Below, one piece after another: positions 8,434 to 18,605 of a DNA stretch of 64,000 bases; positions within the stretch are counted from its first letter, which is position 1; each line of letters opens with the position of its first letter. This DNA is from an uncultured Candidatus Bathyarchaeia archaeon. GTDB lineage: Archaea > Thermoproteota > Bathyarchaeia > 40CM-2-53-6. The stretch covers positions 1,288 to 65,287 of the forward strand of contig CAZHKA010000035.1 in NCBI GenBank assembly GCA_964533505.1, given 5' to 3'. The position numbers were made by a program, and so were the translations under genes. The notes under the pieces are model-generated. The model saw nothing but the letters and a program-made list of their open reading frames with translations, was not told where the DNA came from and made no database searches.

Positions 8434-8973
8434 TTAAGAGTGATATGTTAGCTTTCCATGGATGACCTTAGCGCATTTCGTATACTTATGTTCCTTCGAA
8501 TTTCCAATATCAAGAACATGCGTCACATCCACGCCCTCCGATTTCAGAAAGTCGGCGATCATTGATCGATGACATCTCCAATAGAGCGACTCCGCACACA
8601 TAATTGCCACACTCTCGGCATTGGCCATCCGAAGGAGTTCTTGGACTCCGTCCCGGAATTCGTTTGTTTCCATGTAATCTGCGAAATTCCTGAATGACTT
8701 GTTTCTCCAACATACATTTGGCGAAGAAACGCCGAGTCCTTTCCTTCTTCCTCCCAGCTTCTTTAGCCAAGCATACCGTATTCCAGCTCTTGAAGCGTTG
8801 AGTTCTATTGTTTCCTTATTGAATTGTGGGTTGCGATGAGAATGCGGAAAGCTTCTCACATCAACCAATAGAGTAACTCCGTAAGGCGTGAGGAGTCGAA
8901 GGAGTTCCGCGGAGGTTCGAGTTGAATGGCCAACCGTAAAAATGTGCAATTGGGTCTCGCGTGAGATTTTCAC
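8434..8973 (-). CDS. DUF488-family protein
   Basis: TVGHS, DVRSFP, LGG and MCAE....CHR motifs. Confidence 0.9.
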   Translation of the reverse strand: MKISRETQLHIFTVGHSTRTSAELLRLLTPYGVTLLVDVRSFPHSHRNPQFNKETIELNASRAGIRYAWLKKLGGRRKGLGVSSPNVCWRNKSFRNFADYMETNEFRDGVQELLRMANAESVAIMCAESLYWRCHRSMIADFLKSEGVDVTHVLDIGNSKEHKYTKCAKVIHGKLTYHS

Positions 8974-8981
8974 ATTAGAGG

Positions 8982-10433
8982 TTATATGACATCTACATCG
9001 TGTGGGTAGCTTTCCTTCAACCCAGCCGGTGACATTTTGACAAATTCGCCCTTTCCGCGAAGTTGAGAGATTTCGGTAGCTCCGCAGTAACTCAGACCCG
9101 ATCTTAAACCACCGACGAGTTGGTTAATGAGTTCGGAGGCACTGCCCTTGAATGGTACGAATGCCTCAACGCCTTCCGGTACGTAGTCCAGGAGCGCACC
9201 GACGCTTTCAAGCTCCGGTTGATTCGATTCGCGACCAAGCCTGTCATACGAAGCGGCCACTGAGGCCATTCCCCGTACCAGTTTGTATTTCCTTCCTTCT
9301 CTCATCACAGTCATCCCGGGGCTTTCCTCAGTCCCCGCCAGAAGGCCCCCTAGCATTACCGTTGAGGCGCCGGCGGCGATTGCTTTCGTAATGTCTCCAG
9401 AATTACGAATTCCTCCGTCCGCTATGATAGGCACTCCGGCTTCATCCGCGACTTTCATGCATTCCATTATAGCTGTTAACTGTGGTACTCCCGCTCCAGT
9501 TACAATCCGTGTAATGCAGATCGACCCAGAGCCGATCCCTACCTTCACAGCGTCCGCTCCTGCTCTAATTAAGTCGGCCGTGCCTTCGCTAGTTGCTACA
9601 TTGCCTGCAATCAGTTGCGTACTGGAAATGGTTTTCTTGACGGTTTGAATAACCTCAAGAGCGACGTCAGAGTGAGCGTGTGCTATATCGAGTACTAAGA
9701 CGTCGGCACCTGCTTCGTGCAGGGCCTTGGCTCGCTCCATGAAGTCAGATTTGACGCCAATCGCTGCTCCAACCATCAGTCTCCCCTTTTCATCCTTAGA
9801 TGTGTTCGGATACTGCTCACGATTGAGTATATCCCGACTTGTGATTAGGCCACGTAATTTGCCTTCTTGGTCAACAAGCGGTAGTTTTTCGATTTTATGC
9901 TTGTGCAATATTCGCTCTGCATCTTGCAGGCTTGTGTTCGGCGGAGCCGTCACCATATCCTTGAGCGCGGTCATGACTTCACGAATGGGTTTCTTGAGAT
10001 CCCGTTCAAAGAGGATGTCGCGTGAAGTGAGTATTCCTTCCAGTTTGCCTTGGTCGTTGAGAATCAGGAGACCTGAGACTTCGCGATGCGCCATCAGGTC
10101 CTTCGCTTTCCTCAATGTTTCCTTTCCATTAAGACTGTAGGGTTGATCGATCACGATGCTCTCTGAGCGTTTGACCTTAAGCACTTCCTCAACTTGCTGT
10201 TCAATTGACATGAATCGATGTATGACTCCTATACCACCGGCGCGTGCCATCGTAATCGCCATGGCGTGTTCCGTGACTGTATCCATTGGTGCGCTGACGA
10301 TTGGAATATTCAGTTCTCTACCCCGAGTAAGCTTGGTTCTTGTGTGTACATCCTTCCTGGAACGAACGGCAGTTTTCTTTGGAACAAGTAGGACATCGTC
10401 GAAAGTCAGACCCTCAGTGATTTTGTTTGACAT
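8982..10433 (-). CDS. guaB: IMP dehydrogenase (with CBS pair)
   Basis: [30 protein letters not shown] catalytic loop, IADGG, RGM and VPEGVE motifs. Confidence 0.97.
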   Translation of the reverse strand: MSNKITEGLTFDDVLLVPKKTAVRSRKDVHTRTKLTRGRELNIPIVSAPMDTVTEHAMAITMARAGGIGVIHRFMSIEQQVEEVLKVKRSESIVIDQPYSLNGKETLRKAKDLMAHREVSGLLILNDQGKLEGILTSRDILFERDLKKPIREVMTALKDMVTAPPNTSLQDAERILHKHKIEKLPLVDQEGKLRGLITSRDILNREQYPNTSKDEKGRLMVGAAIGVKSDFMERAKALHEAGADVLVLDIAHAHSDVALEVIQTVKKTISSTQLIAGNVATSEGTADLIRAGADAVKVGIGSGSICITRIVTGAGVPQLTAIMECMKVADEAGVPIIADGGIRNSGDITKAIAAGASTVMLGGLLAGTEESPGMTVMREGRKYKLVRGMASVAASYDRLGRESNQPELESVGALLDYVPEGVEAFVPFKGSASELINQLVGGLRSGLSYCGATEISQLRGKGEFVKMSPAGLKESYPHDVDVI

Positions 10434-10483
10434 ATCAAGCTGTACCCGATTATACTTGGCCCCAATATGGCTGAGTCGTTTGC

Positions 10484-10553
10484 GCTTGGTTGAAGGAACG
10501 AGAAGTTTTCCGATTCAACGGGCGCCAATGACATGCCCGTTAATCAACCAAGC
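10484..10553 (-). ncRNA. Candidate structured leader RNA (three-way junction) upstream of guaB
   Basis: A perfect 10-bp stem GCTTGGTTGA/TCAACCAAGC encloses a 7-bp hairpin AACGGGC/GCCCGTT and a 4-bp GGAA/TTCC hairpin. Confidence 0.4.
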
Positions 10554-10680
10554 CTTTCCATCGAAATTTAAGCTTTGGTGGGGCACCGAGCTTCTTGCAT
10601 CTAATGCTTTGCTGAATCCTGAGCCGGATAGCTTGGGTCTAGGTTAAATATGTCATATGTAATAATCTTGGCGAGTTACC

Positions 10681-11568
10681 ATGACAGCGACCGCCCAAAC
10701 CACCTACAAACACCCGGAAGTTCTCGTGGAAACGTCCTGGGTTAAAGATCATTTGAATGATCCGAAGGTCCGAATCGCCGAGGTCGATTACGATCCTACC
10801 GCCAACTACAATCTAGGCCATATTCCCGGAGCCGTCCTCTTCGATTGGAAGAAGGATATGAACGACCCGGTTACGCGCGATATTCCCAGCAAATCGCAAC
10901 TAGAGGATCTCCTCTCCAGAGTCGGATTAGGCGCAAATTCGAAGTTGATTCTTTATGGAGACTTCAACAACTGGTTCGCAGCTTTCGCTTTCTGGATTCT
11001 GAAATATTACCAAGTTGACAACGTCGTTTTGATGAATGGAGGTAGGAAAAAATGGCTGGCCGAGGACGGACAGGTTACGAAAGACCAGCCGGGCTATAAT
11101 AGAACCGAATTCAGAGTCAAAGGAACCAATGAAAACATCAGAACCTATCTCGATGCCGTGAAGAAACGGTTGGGCCAACGAGGCAGCGTATTGGTAGATG
11201 TCCGAAGCCCCGCGGAGTTCACGGGAGAGATAACTGCGCCAGTCGAATACCCTAACGAGCACGCTCAACGCGGCGGACACATTCCAGGAGCGGTGAACAT
11301 TCCATGGTCACAAGCCGTGAAGGAAGATGGCACGTTCAAAGAACCTGAAGAACTTAGGAGGTTATATGAGAGAAACGGAGTGACAACAGACAAGGACGTT
11401 GTTACGTACTGCAGGATTGGAGAGCGCTCATCCTTCTCGTGGTTCGTTCTGAAATACCTCTTGGGCTACCCCAACGTAACGAACTACGACGGATCGTGGA
11501 CCGAGTGGGGCAACATGGTCAAAAACCCCATAGAAAAAAACCAGTTTACCTCACCTTCCTCACAATAA
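10681..11568 (+). CDS. Tandem-domain rhodanese (thiosulfate sulfurtransferase, CysA/SseA-like)
   Basis: GHIPGA twice, YCRIGERS active-site loop and YDGSWTEW motif. Confidence 0.95.
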   Translation: MTATAQTTYKHPEVLVETSWVKDHLNDPKVRIAEVDYDPTANYNLGHIPGAVLFDWKKDMNDPVTRDIPSKSQLEDLLSRVGLGANSKLILYGDFNNWFAAFAFWILKYYQVDNVVLMNGGRKKWLAEDGQVTKDQPGYNRTEFRVKGTNENIRTYLDAVKKRLGQRGSVLVDVRSPAEFTGEITAPVEYPNEHAQRGGHIPGAVNIPWSQAVKEDGTFKEPEELRRLYERNGVTTDKDVVTYCRIGERSSFSWFVLKYLLGYPNVTNYDGSWTEWGNMVKNPIEKNQFTSPSSQ

Positions 11569-12211
11569 AGTGCATTAGGTTTCCTTCCTTCCTCGATTCG
11601 AGCACATCCTGACCAGTTTCGTCACTCCACCGCTCCATCTCAATATCTGCGGTGGGATCATCTGAAACAACATGAACCACATCGTTCACTTTGGAACTTT
11701 CGAGCAACTCATTCAACCTAACCAAGACCGCGGCACATTCCACGCCAATCTCCCACAGGTCATAGTCCGGGTACGCCGTGAAACATCGGACATGCAAGTC
11801 TCGTACCTGTGCTCTGATTCTATCGACAGCCGCTCTTGGTTCCACCAGTGACCCTAACCCGCTTGTATCCGAATTCTTAGCGACCTCAACAAACCACCCC
11901 TCCCCATAGGGGAAATCATTCGCGAGTTTCGGTTGATCATCTAGCCGCGAGTTGAGAGCGACTAGCCTTCCAGATAGTGGTGTCCGAACGACGCCGAAAT
12001 ATCTTGCACTCTCGATTGTCGCTACGCCTTGGGATTTTAGAAGATTGGTTCCTATAGGTTTGAATTTCACTTGATTTAGTTTGCCAACGAGGGCTGCATG
12101 AATGCTCGTTATCCCTAATCGGATAGCTCCTGCTGAATTGATTCTTACCCAGACATTGTTCTCAAGATCGTACAGCAGCTCGTCCGGGAACTCGCAGTGT
12201 TCAATCTGCAA
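11546..12211 (-). CDS. GcvH/LbpA-like domain fused to a TusA/SirA domain
   Basis: N-domain VWVR, LGIT, IESARY, PLSG and PYGEGW motifs; C-domain GVEC, VSDDPTA and W....G...L....EG...FIVRK motifs. Confidence 0.85.
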   Translation of the reverse strand: MQIEHCEFPDELLYDLENNVWVRINSAGAIRLGITSIHAALVGKLNQVKFKPIGTNLLKSQGVATIESARYFGVVRTPLSGRLVALNSRLDDQPKLANDFPYGEGWFVEVAKNSDTSGLGSLVEPRAAVDRIRAQVRDLHVRCFTAYPDYDLWEIGVECAAVLVRLNELLESSKVNDVVHVVSDDPTADIEMERWSDETGQDVLESRKEGNLMHFIVRKVR

Positions 12212-12226
12212 ACGCGTCGTCCTTGG

Positions 12227-13255
12227 TTATTGTTGAGCCTGGAGTGATGAGAGCGAACGATTTGGCTGGTAGTTCACACCAGCAACAATCCTCGGCGGGT
12301 CCAGGCGTTCCGTCAGGAGTTCGTTAATGCTCAATTTGCATGTCGTAGCAGTTTCGGGCTCAAACCCTTTTATCCCAAGGATAGCCATTCCCTTTGTTCC
12401 AACTTCTCTCCGTGCTTCGTACGATTTCTCAATGACATTTACGACCGCTGACACGGTCGCCCCTGTCTTCTGCACGAGCTGAATGCATGCGTTACGCGTT
12501 TGCCCAGTGAATCCGACATCGTCGAATATTATCACACTGTCATTTTGAACTATCGAGCCCTCAGGGATTGCGAAGTAATGCTTCGTTTTCTTGGTCGCGG
12601 ACTCAACTTCCAAGTCCCCAAGAATCTTTCCTCTCCATGTTGCTGGAACCTGCGGTTTCATACGATCGTAAACCTTGACGGCTCTTACGAACTTTAAGCC
12701 TGCGATGCTAGCGTACACAGCGGCGAGAGGCGGCCCAGATGACTCGGGAGAGAGAACCTTCGTTACCGACCTCCCCAGCTTAGGTCTGAGCACATATCTC
12801 ACGATATCCCCAAAGAAGGGCGCGTCAAAATTCTGATTTACAAATGGGACATCCAGCCCGCCGTCTTTGAGGACCGAGAATTCCTGAGGATCCATCAAAT
12901 GACTAATCAATCGCTCAGTTAGATTATCAACACTTTCCCGAAATTTCGAAAGTAAGGTAACTTCATTTGAAGCAATAAGAATAGAGTCTCCAATCTTGGG
13001 AAAATGAACTTGAAGCGCGAAACCAAGAATGTTAGTGTCTCGAGGCTGTTTCACTAATTGCTGATACCGGTCGACCGCAACGACCTGATGAGAGATTTGA
13101 GCTGGTGATGGTGCGAAGCGGTCAATTCTGGCGATGATTCCAACCTCACCTCTAATTGCCTCGGGAGCCAACACCGCGTCGTCGTTTACTCGAACTTCAT
13201 TCCCCTCTTTCAACATCACAAATCCGGATTCACGTCCAGGAATTCCGCGTGCCAT
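12227..13255 (-). CDS. Type I phosphoribosyltransferase-fold protein (Xpt/PurR-like) with N-terminal extension
   Basis: PFVNQ, ESSG and VIIFDDVGFTGQT PRPP-binding loop. Confidence 0.75.
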   Translation of the reverse strand: MARGIPGRESGFVMLKEGNEVRVNDDAVLAPEAIRGEVGIIARIDRFAPSPAQISHQVVAVDRYQQLVKQPRDTNILGFALQVHFPKIGDSILIASNEVTLLSKFRESVDNLTERLISHLMDPQEFSVLKDGGLDVPFVNQNFDAPFFGDIVRYVLRPKLGRSVTKVLSPESSGPPLAAVYASIAGLKFVRAVKVYDRMKPQVPATWRGKILGDLEVESATKKTKHYFAIPEGSIVQNDSVIIFDDVGFTGQTRNACIQLVQKTGATVSAVVNVIEKSYEARREVGTKGMAILGIKGFEPETATTCKLSINELLTERLDPPRIVAGVNYQPNRSLSSLQAQQ

Positions 13256-13441
13256 AATTGACCCCTGAGGAGAAAATGACGCGCCCTTGTTTAAGAAGGA
13301 TTGGAGATAAGGCTCCTTCTCTTGCTCTGATCACGTGACGTCCACGATATCCTTCGAAACCTCGTTGCAAGAGACCAATGATGGAGAAGACATGAGGAGA
13401 CGAGTAATAAGCAAGCGACGAGACTGAATCGTTGACCCAGA

Positions 13442-14554
13442 ATGATCGTGGCAAAGGGCCTGGAAGGGATTATTGTTGACAATAGTTCGATTTGCAAGAT
13501 CGATGGTAACGCAGGCCGACTCATCTACCGTGGATACGACATTCATGACCTAGCCTCGTCCCTCTCCTTCGAGGAAGTAGCTTACCTCCTATGGAATGGA
13601 GACTTGCCAAACCACCAACAGCTGAGAGAGTTAAACAACGAACTCGTTCGTCAACGAACCGTCCCGCAGGAGCTGAAGTCGGCGATCCGTAACCTCCCGA
13701 CCTCATCCAACGCATTAGACGTTCTTCGAACTGCTATATCGATTCTTGGAGCCGAAACGCCTCTCAAGAAACCCGAGATGATGGACGCAATCGCCATCTC
13801 CGCTAAAATCCCAACGATCAATGCAGCATTCTACCGGATTCGTAATGGGCAAGAACCTATCGAACCTCGCGATGATTTGAATCACGCTGCAGATTACTTG
13901 TACATGTTGTCCGGCCGCGACCCAGAACCGGTCAAAGTTGAAGCTCTTAACAAATACTTGATCCTACTCGCGGACCACGGGATGAATTCTTCGACATTCA
14001 CCGCGAGAGTCGTAGCGTCAACCTGGGCCGATATGTATTCGGCCGTCGTGGCCGCGATCTGCGCACTCAAAGGACCGTTACATGGCGGCGCACCCGCCCC
14101 CGTACTCAAAATGCTGCAAGATATCGGCAAACCGGAACGAGCGGAAGAATGGATAAGAAACGAGTTGAAGTCGGACCGCCGCCTGATGGGCTTCGGACAC
14201 AGGGTGTATAGAACTACTGACCCACGTGCCGAAATATTGCGAGGGATCGGGGAGAAGAGCGCGCCAAAGGATCTGGTCGAACTCGCGGAGACGGTTGAGG
14301 AGACGGGTATCCGAATCCTTCAAGAGTACAGACCGCAGCGAAAGCTGTATGCAAATGTGGAGTTCTATTCAGCCGTTGTAATGCATTCCGTCGGTCTGTC
14401 CCCCGACCTCTTTACTGCCACGTTTGCAGCAAGCCGATCTGTAGGGTGGACCGCGAATGTTCTAGAGCAAGCTGCTAACAACAGGCTAATTCGACCCGAG
14501 ACAGAGTACACGGGCCCGATGAACAGGAAAGTTGTCCCTATTAACGCTCGATAG
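13442..14554 (+). CDS. Citrate/2-methylcitrate synthase
   Basis: GLEG, LIYRGY, DHGMNSSTF, GPLHGGA, GFGHRVY, DPRA and NVEFY motifs. Confidence 0.95.
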   Translation: MIVAKGLEGIIVDNSSICKIDGNAGRLIYRGYDIHDLASSLSFEEVAYLLWNGDLPNHQQLRELNNELVRQRTVPQELKSAIRNLPTSSNALDVLRTAISILGAETPLKKPEMMDAIAISAKIPTINAAFYRIRNGQEPIEPRDDLNHAADYLYMLSGRDPEPVKVEALNKYLILLADHGMNSSTFTARVVASTWADMYSAVVAAICALKGPLHGGAPAPVLKMLQDIGKPERAEEWIRNELKSDRRLMGFGHRVYRTTDPRAEILRGIGEKSAPKDLVELAETVEETGIRILQEYRPQRKLYANVEFYSAVVMHSVGLSPDLFTATFAASRSVGWTANVLEQAANNRLIRPETEYTGPMNRKVVPINAR

Positions 14555-14657
14555 ACGCAGAATACCGTGCGTTTAGTCGGTCTCCCTCTACTTCAGTTAG
14601 TTCAAGCAACAGCTTTCTAGGCCGACTGGTGAGAGCGGCTTTTTCTGGCAGGGTGCT

Positions 14658-15380
14658 TTACCCGCTGATACATGCTTCGTGGTACGACTCGGCCGCCTCC
14701 TTGGCGACGAATGCGAGTATAACCGCAGCCGCCAGATAATCGGCCCACCACCACCCGAGGAAATATTCTGCAAGAAGCCCCCCAAGGAGCGCGAGTGACA
14801 TGAAGAAACATGTGGCGGACTCTATTGCGTCGATCTTCAGCGGTAGGCAGTTAGTCTCCTGACCGACCTTCCTCTTCTCGAGCCAGAGATAGGGCATGAC
14901 GATCACGGCTCCGATCGCGATCAGAATACCGAGAGGAGAACCCTCGGGTCTGACACCAGTAAGGTAAGAATAGAGCGCTCCGATACCAATGAGCGGAAGC
15001 AGCAAGAAAAGCAGACCGCTTCCGATTTGAGAAGCCATTCTCCCTGAAATCTTTGAACCAGCTATGTCTTCTTTCAAGTGCCCAGCGACGACAAGAGTTG
15101 AGAGCAGCTCCACTAGGCTGTCACCTCCGAATGCCACCAAAGCTAAACTTCTTATCAAAAGGCCTACGCCAATCGAACCAAGAACCTCGACGCTCATCCA
15201 TGCGAAACTGATGTATTCCAACCTCATTCCGCTCCGAAGCCGCTCATGCCTCCATGAGACGTGGGTTGCGCTGCAACAGCAAGAAACACAGTTCGCACAA
15301 TTTTCTGGGGAAGTGCAGCTGGCGCATGAATTCTCGGCACAACCGCAATTTGAACATGAGGTGCCAGTCACGGCAGACAA
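14658..15380 (-). CDS. CDF-related cation transporter with Cys-rich N-terminus
   Basis: SLALVAFGGDSLVE and GWWWAD motifs; ~6 TM segments; 10 Cys in residues 9-36. Confidence 0.8.
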   Translation of the reverse strand: MSAVTGTSCSNCGCAENSCASCTSPENCANCVSCCCSATHVSWRHERLRSGMRLEYISFAWMSVEVLGSIGVGLLIRSLALVAFGGDSLVELLSTLVVAGHLKEDIAGSKISGRMASQIGSGLLFLLLPLIGIGALYSYLTGVRPEGSPLGILIAIGAVIVMPYLWLEKRKVGQETNCLPLKIDAIESATCFFMSLALLGGLLAEYFLGWWWADYLAAAVILAFVAKEAAESYHEACISG

Positions 15381-15471
15381 CAGAATCGCTAGCCATCATT
15401 TAGCTTGGCTTAATTGCTTAAACACTTGCGCTTGATTTTCATCTAGTTTATTATTGAATGACCAAGTCGCC

Positions 15472-16794
15472 TCAAACTCGACCTGACCCAGTTGTCACGA
15501 TCAAGAAGACCAGGGCAGCCAGTCCCACAGTTGATGTTCCAACGCTGTACTCGAACGCGGCGAGAGAATTCGTGAACGTCCATAGGTAGCCAAATATCGA
15601 GTTAGCCGCGAGCGAGGCTAGCCCAACTAAGAGGTAATAAATGGCGTACGCCGTCCCTTTGAGTTCTTTCTGCGTAAAATCAGGCACTATTGCGCGCTGA
15701 ACTGAGTCCGAAATTCCAAAATAGATTCCGAATAGGCAACCAATAGCGAAACCATAGACCCAGCTTCCTACTAACATTATCCCAGCTGCTGACGTGGCAA
15801 TGAAAGCTACGTAGCTGAGACCCAGCACCGGCAGTTTGCCAACCCGGTCCGCAAGTATCCCGCAAGGAAACGCCGCGGCCACACTGACCGCGTTGATTAC
15901 AACGTAGACAAGTGGGACTTGCCCGTTCGAGACGCCAAGCGATGACGCCCTCAACAGGATAAATGAGAAATTGTAGGCTCCCACCAAGAATACCCCCAGC
16001 ACAGTGAGATAGGAAATAAACCGACGATCCAGTACCGCCCGGGCATTTTCGAACAGACGCGTCTGTTTTTTCAACCCCACAGCTTCTTTGACGAAGAACA
16101 CGAGTATTAGCAGAGAGACGATAGCGGGCGCGAATGATAGCCAGAATATTCCTCTGAAGCCAATCAATGGAAACACGAGGTAAGCAACTAGCGGGCCGAG
16201 AACTGCGCCGATTTGATCCAAGGATTCATGCACCCCGAAGGCCTTACCCGACACCGATTTCGCGATCGAATCGCTGATGAGAGCATCACGAGGTGACGTC
16301 CGCGCTCCCTTACCCGCCCTATCAGTGGCCCTGACAGCCAAAGCCTGCGGCCAGGTTGTGACAAAAGCGAATAGTGGTTTCGCGAATGATGAAAGAGCAT
16401 AACCAAGAAGGACCAACGGTTTGCGTTTCGCTATCCTGTCGGTGATTACGCCGGTCAGAATGCGAAACATATTGTTCACGGCCTCAGCGCTCCCTTCAAT
16501 GAGCCCGACGATTACATAGGATGCTCCAAGTTGATCGTGAATGAAAATAGGGAGTAACCCGAGGATCATTTCAGTCGAAAAATCCGTGAAGAGACTGACA
16601 TAGCCCAACCTAACCACGTTCTTGAAACCCAATGAGTTCGAACTCGACAAGCCCGCTTCGTCGGGCCCTTCGTCTTCGGGCTTCCTTGGGTTCCAGTTCA
16701 TTAGCCAGCACATCGAACGAGTGTTGTGACTAAGTTTCGCCTTATATTTACAATATCGAACGCTTAGCCCGAGAGAAGAAGATTGCACAGACAC
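15472..16794 (-). CDS. MFS transporter
   Basis: DFSTEM, DRIAKRK, DR.GKG.RTSPRDALI and ADRVGK motifs; ~12 TM. The true start is probably ~30 codons downstream. Confidence 0.92.
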   Translation of the reverse strand: MSVQSSSLGLSVRYCKYKAKLSHNTRSMCWLMNWNPRKPEDEGPDEAGLSSSNSLGFKNVVRLGYVSLFTDFSTEMILGLLPIFIHDQLGASYVIVGLIEGSAEAVNNMFRILTGVITDRIAKRKPLVLLGYALSSFAKPLFAFVTTWPQALAVRATDRAGKGARTSPRDALISDSIAKSVSGKAFGVHESLDQIGAVLGPLVAYLVFPLIGFRGIFWLSFAPAIVSLLILVFFVKEAVGLKKQTRLFENARAVLDRRFISYLTVLGVFLVGAYNFSFILLRASSLGVSNGQVPLVYVVINAVSVAAAFPCGILADRVGKLPVLGLSYVAFIATSAAGIMLVGSWVYGFAIGCLFGIYFGISDSVQRAIVPDFTQKELKGTAYAIYYLLVGLASLAANSIFGYLWTFTNSLAAFEYSVGTSTVGLAALVFLIVTTGSGRV

Positions 16795-16863
16795 TTATCA
16801 TGGGGTCCATATCTAGTGAGCAAACTTCAAATAAAGTGCGACTTCCACGGTTTGTGATGAAGA

Positions 16864-17334
16864 TTGTTTGTCGATATAAGAGTAAAGACGGCTCCGAGTT
16901 ACAAAGTTGCGTACCTAACGCATGTTGGGCCTTATTCAGGGCAAAACATGTGGCGTGCAGAATTTGCCCAGCTCGTCAGATGGGCGAAGAAGAGGAAACT
17001 GCGCACGGGTAAGTGGATCATGTACTTCATTGATGAGTGGGGTAAGAAACCCGAACGGCAAAGACGATCCGTCGCCTGCCTTGAAATAACGGGGCGCGTC
17101 GAACCTGAGGGAAAGATCAAGGTCATGACCCTGCCACGACAGAAAGTCGCATCTGTCACGTTCAACCCTGATAAGGTCGCGGACCGCCTAGTTTACCATG
17201 GGATAGAAGGCTGGTTACAATACCGACCGTTCAAGGAGGCCGGGCCGAGCAGGGAAGTCTACATCGCAAGCCCATGGATTAATCGCCGAGCTTGGGCGAA
17301 TGCGGAAGTTCAGGTCCCAATAAAGAGAAAGTAG
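16864..17334 (+). CDS. GyrI-like small-molecule-binding protein
   Basis: VAY..HVGPY, GPSREVY and EVQVP motifs. Confidence 0.75.
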   Translation: MFVDIRVKTAPSYKVAYLTHVGPYSGQNMWRAEFAQLVRWAKKRKLRTGKWIMYFIDEWGKKPERQRRSVACLEITGRVEPEGKIKVMTLPRQKVASVTFNPDKVADRLVYHGIEGWLQYRPFKEAGPSREVYIASPWINRRAWANAEVQVPIKRK

Positions 17335-17374
17335 CAAGAGGCTCCCGCAGAGAACCAGTGCCCGTGCCTCAAAT

Positions 17375-17746
17375 TTGAACGCAGCCACACTAAAGAAACG
17401 GGAGAGGCTTGACATCTACGCGGACATACTTGAAGTTCTGAAGCGACAACCTGATGGCGTACTAATCACGAGAATCTCATATGGAGCCGGACTTCCGCTC
17501 GATCGGATTAAACCAATGCTTGACGCGTTGACGCACTGCGAGTTAGTTGCCGTTCAAGCTAAGGGCCACCCCTTGCAATCTAGCTTCATGCAGCGGCGCT
17601 TCTTCTATGTAACCAGAAAGGGGCTAGAATTTCTCGATGCCTACCGTAGAATCCAAAGTCTACTGACATACTTGCAGAAGGAAGCCAACGTCGCCAAAAA
17701 AGAGAAGCCCACGGCTCCCATCGCCTTTGTCGGCGCTCCAGAATAG
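17375..17746 (+). CDS. Archaeal winged-helix transcriptional regulator
   Basis: R.RLDIYADIL, T.ISY.A.L and YVTRKGLEFL motifs. Confidence 0.8.
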   Translation: MNAATLKKRERLDIYADILEVLKRQPDGVLITRISYGAGLPLDRIKPMLDALTHCELVAVQAKGHPLQSSFMQRRFFYVTRKGLEFLDAYRRIQSLLTYLQKEANVAKKEKPTAPIAFVGAPE

Positions 17747-17815
17747 ACGTGGTCGATCGAAGCAGAGAAACTTAAAGCACTGACCGAAAACTTCGATCAA
17801 ACGGACAGCGCGGCG

Positions 17816-18205
17816 ATGAAAGCTAAATTCATCTACACTGGAATCCACGTCTCAAATCTAGAAAGAGCGATTTCATTCTATACGAAATCTTTGGGAATGA
17901 GACTGCTGTTCAAGACGGAGATAAAGGAAACGGGCGGCCGTGTGGCGTGGCTAACTACGAAGGAAACAAGACAAATTCTCGAATTGAACTGGTACCCTAA
18001 GCGGTACAAGCACGGTGGGAAATCCGGGCTTGACCATTTAGCCTTCGAAGTTGACGACGCGTCAGGCGCTTACAGGAGACTCGCTTACAAACAAAAAGGA
18101 GCTATACGTCCTTTCAAGGAAGGAAGATGGCTGCTGGCTTACATCAGGGATCCTGACGGGAATTGGATAGAGTTGGGTTCGAGGACTAAAAGACCCAAAA
18201 GATGA
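17816..18205 (+). CDS. VOC/glyoxalase-family protein
   Basis: V.NLERAISFY...LG, DHLAFEVDD and DPDGNWIEL motifs. Confidence 0.9.
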   Translation: MKAKFIYTGIHVSNLERAISFYTKSLGMRLLFKTEIKETGGRVAWLTTKETRQILELNWYPKRYKHGGKSGLDHLAFEVDDASGAYRRLAYKQKGAIRPFKEGRWLLAYIRDPDGNWIELGSRTKRPKR

Positions 18206-18212
18206 ACCATTT

Positions 18213-18605
18213 CTACGTGGACAGGTTAATTGTTATCCAGTAACCTCCACCGGTAATTTCAACGGGAATCACTGACTTACCCGCGACAACCCAGAAGGGC
18301 GGGTTCACAACATAATTGGTCAGTGGACCGCTTGCGTAGCCTATTGCGTATGCCGAAAGCCAGACGGTTGGAGTCTCGGTCCGGATAGGGATTATCACCA
18401 TTGACCCGTCAGCGCTGAAACCCGTCCCGACTATTCTGCCCGTTTGGTCCCGGATTGTCACTTGGAGGTTGTACAGGAAGTTCAATGGATAAACGAAACT
18501 AACATACAATGTATACCCCTCTGTAACCCCTTGACCAAACGCGGGGACGAAACTGCATCCGAGGAAGACTAGAGCCAGCATGATGGCAAATGCGGAGAGC
18601 CTCAT
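18213..18605 (-). CDS. Secreted hypothetical protein
   Basis: Signal-peptide-like N-terminus (..VPAFG) and beta-rich mature region. Confidence 0.65.
   Translation of the reverse strand: MRLSAFAIMLALVFLGCSFVPAFGQGVTEGYTLYVSFVYPLNFLYNLQVTIRDQTGRIVGTGFSADGSMVIIPIRTETPTVWLSAYAIGYASGPLTNYVVNPPFWVVAGKSVIPVEITGGGYWITINLST

Noticed and set aside
10156-10647. 163-aa plus-strand ORF, and similar antisense ORFs over guaB, hutH, acs and aor
   Set aside because: These are shadow frames opposite well-supported genes and carry no motifs.
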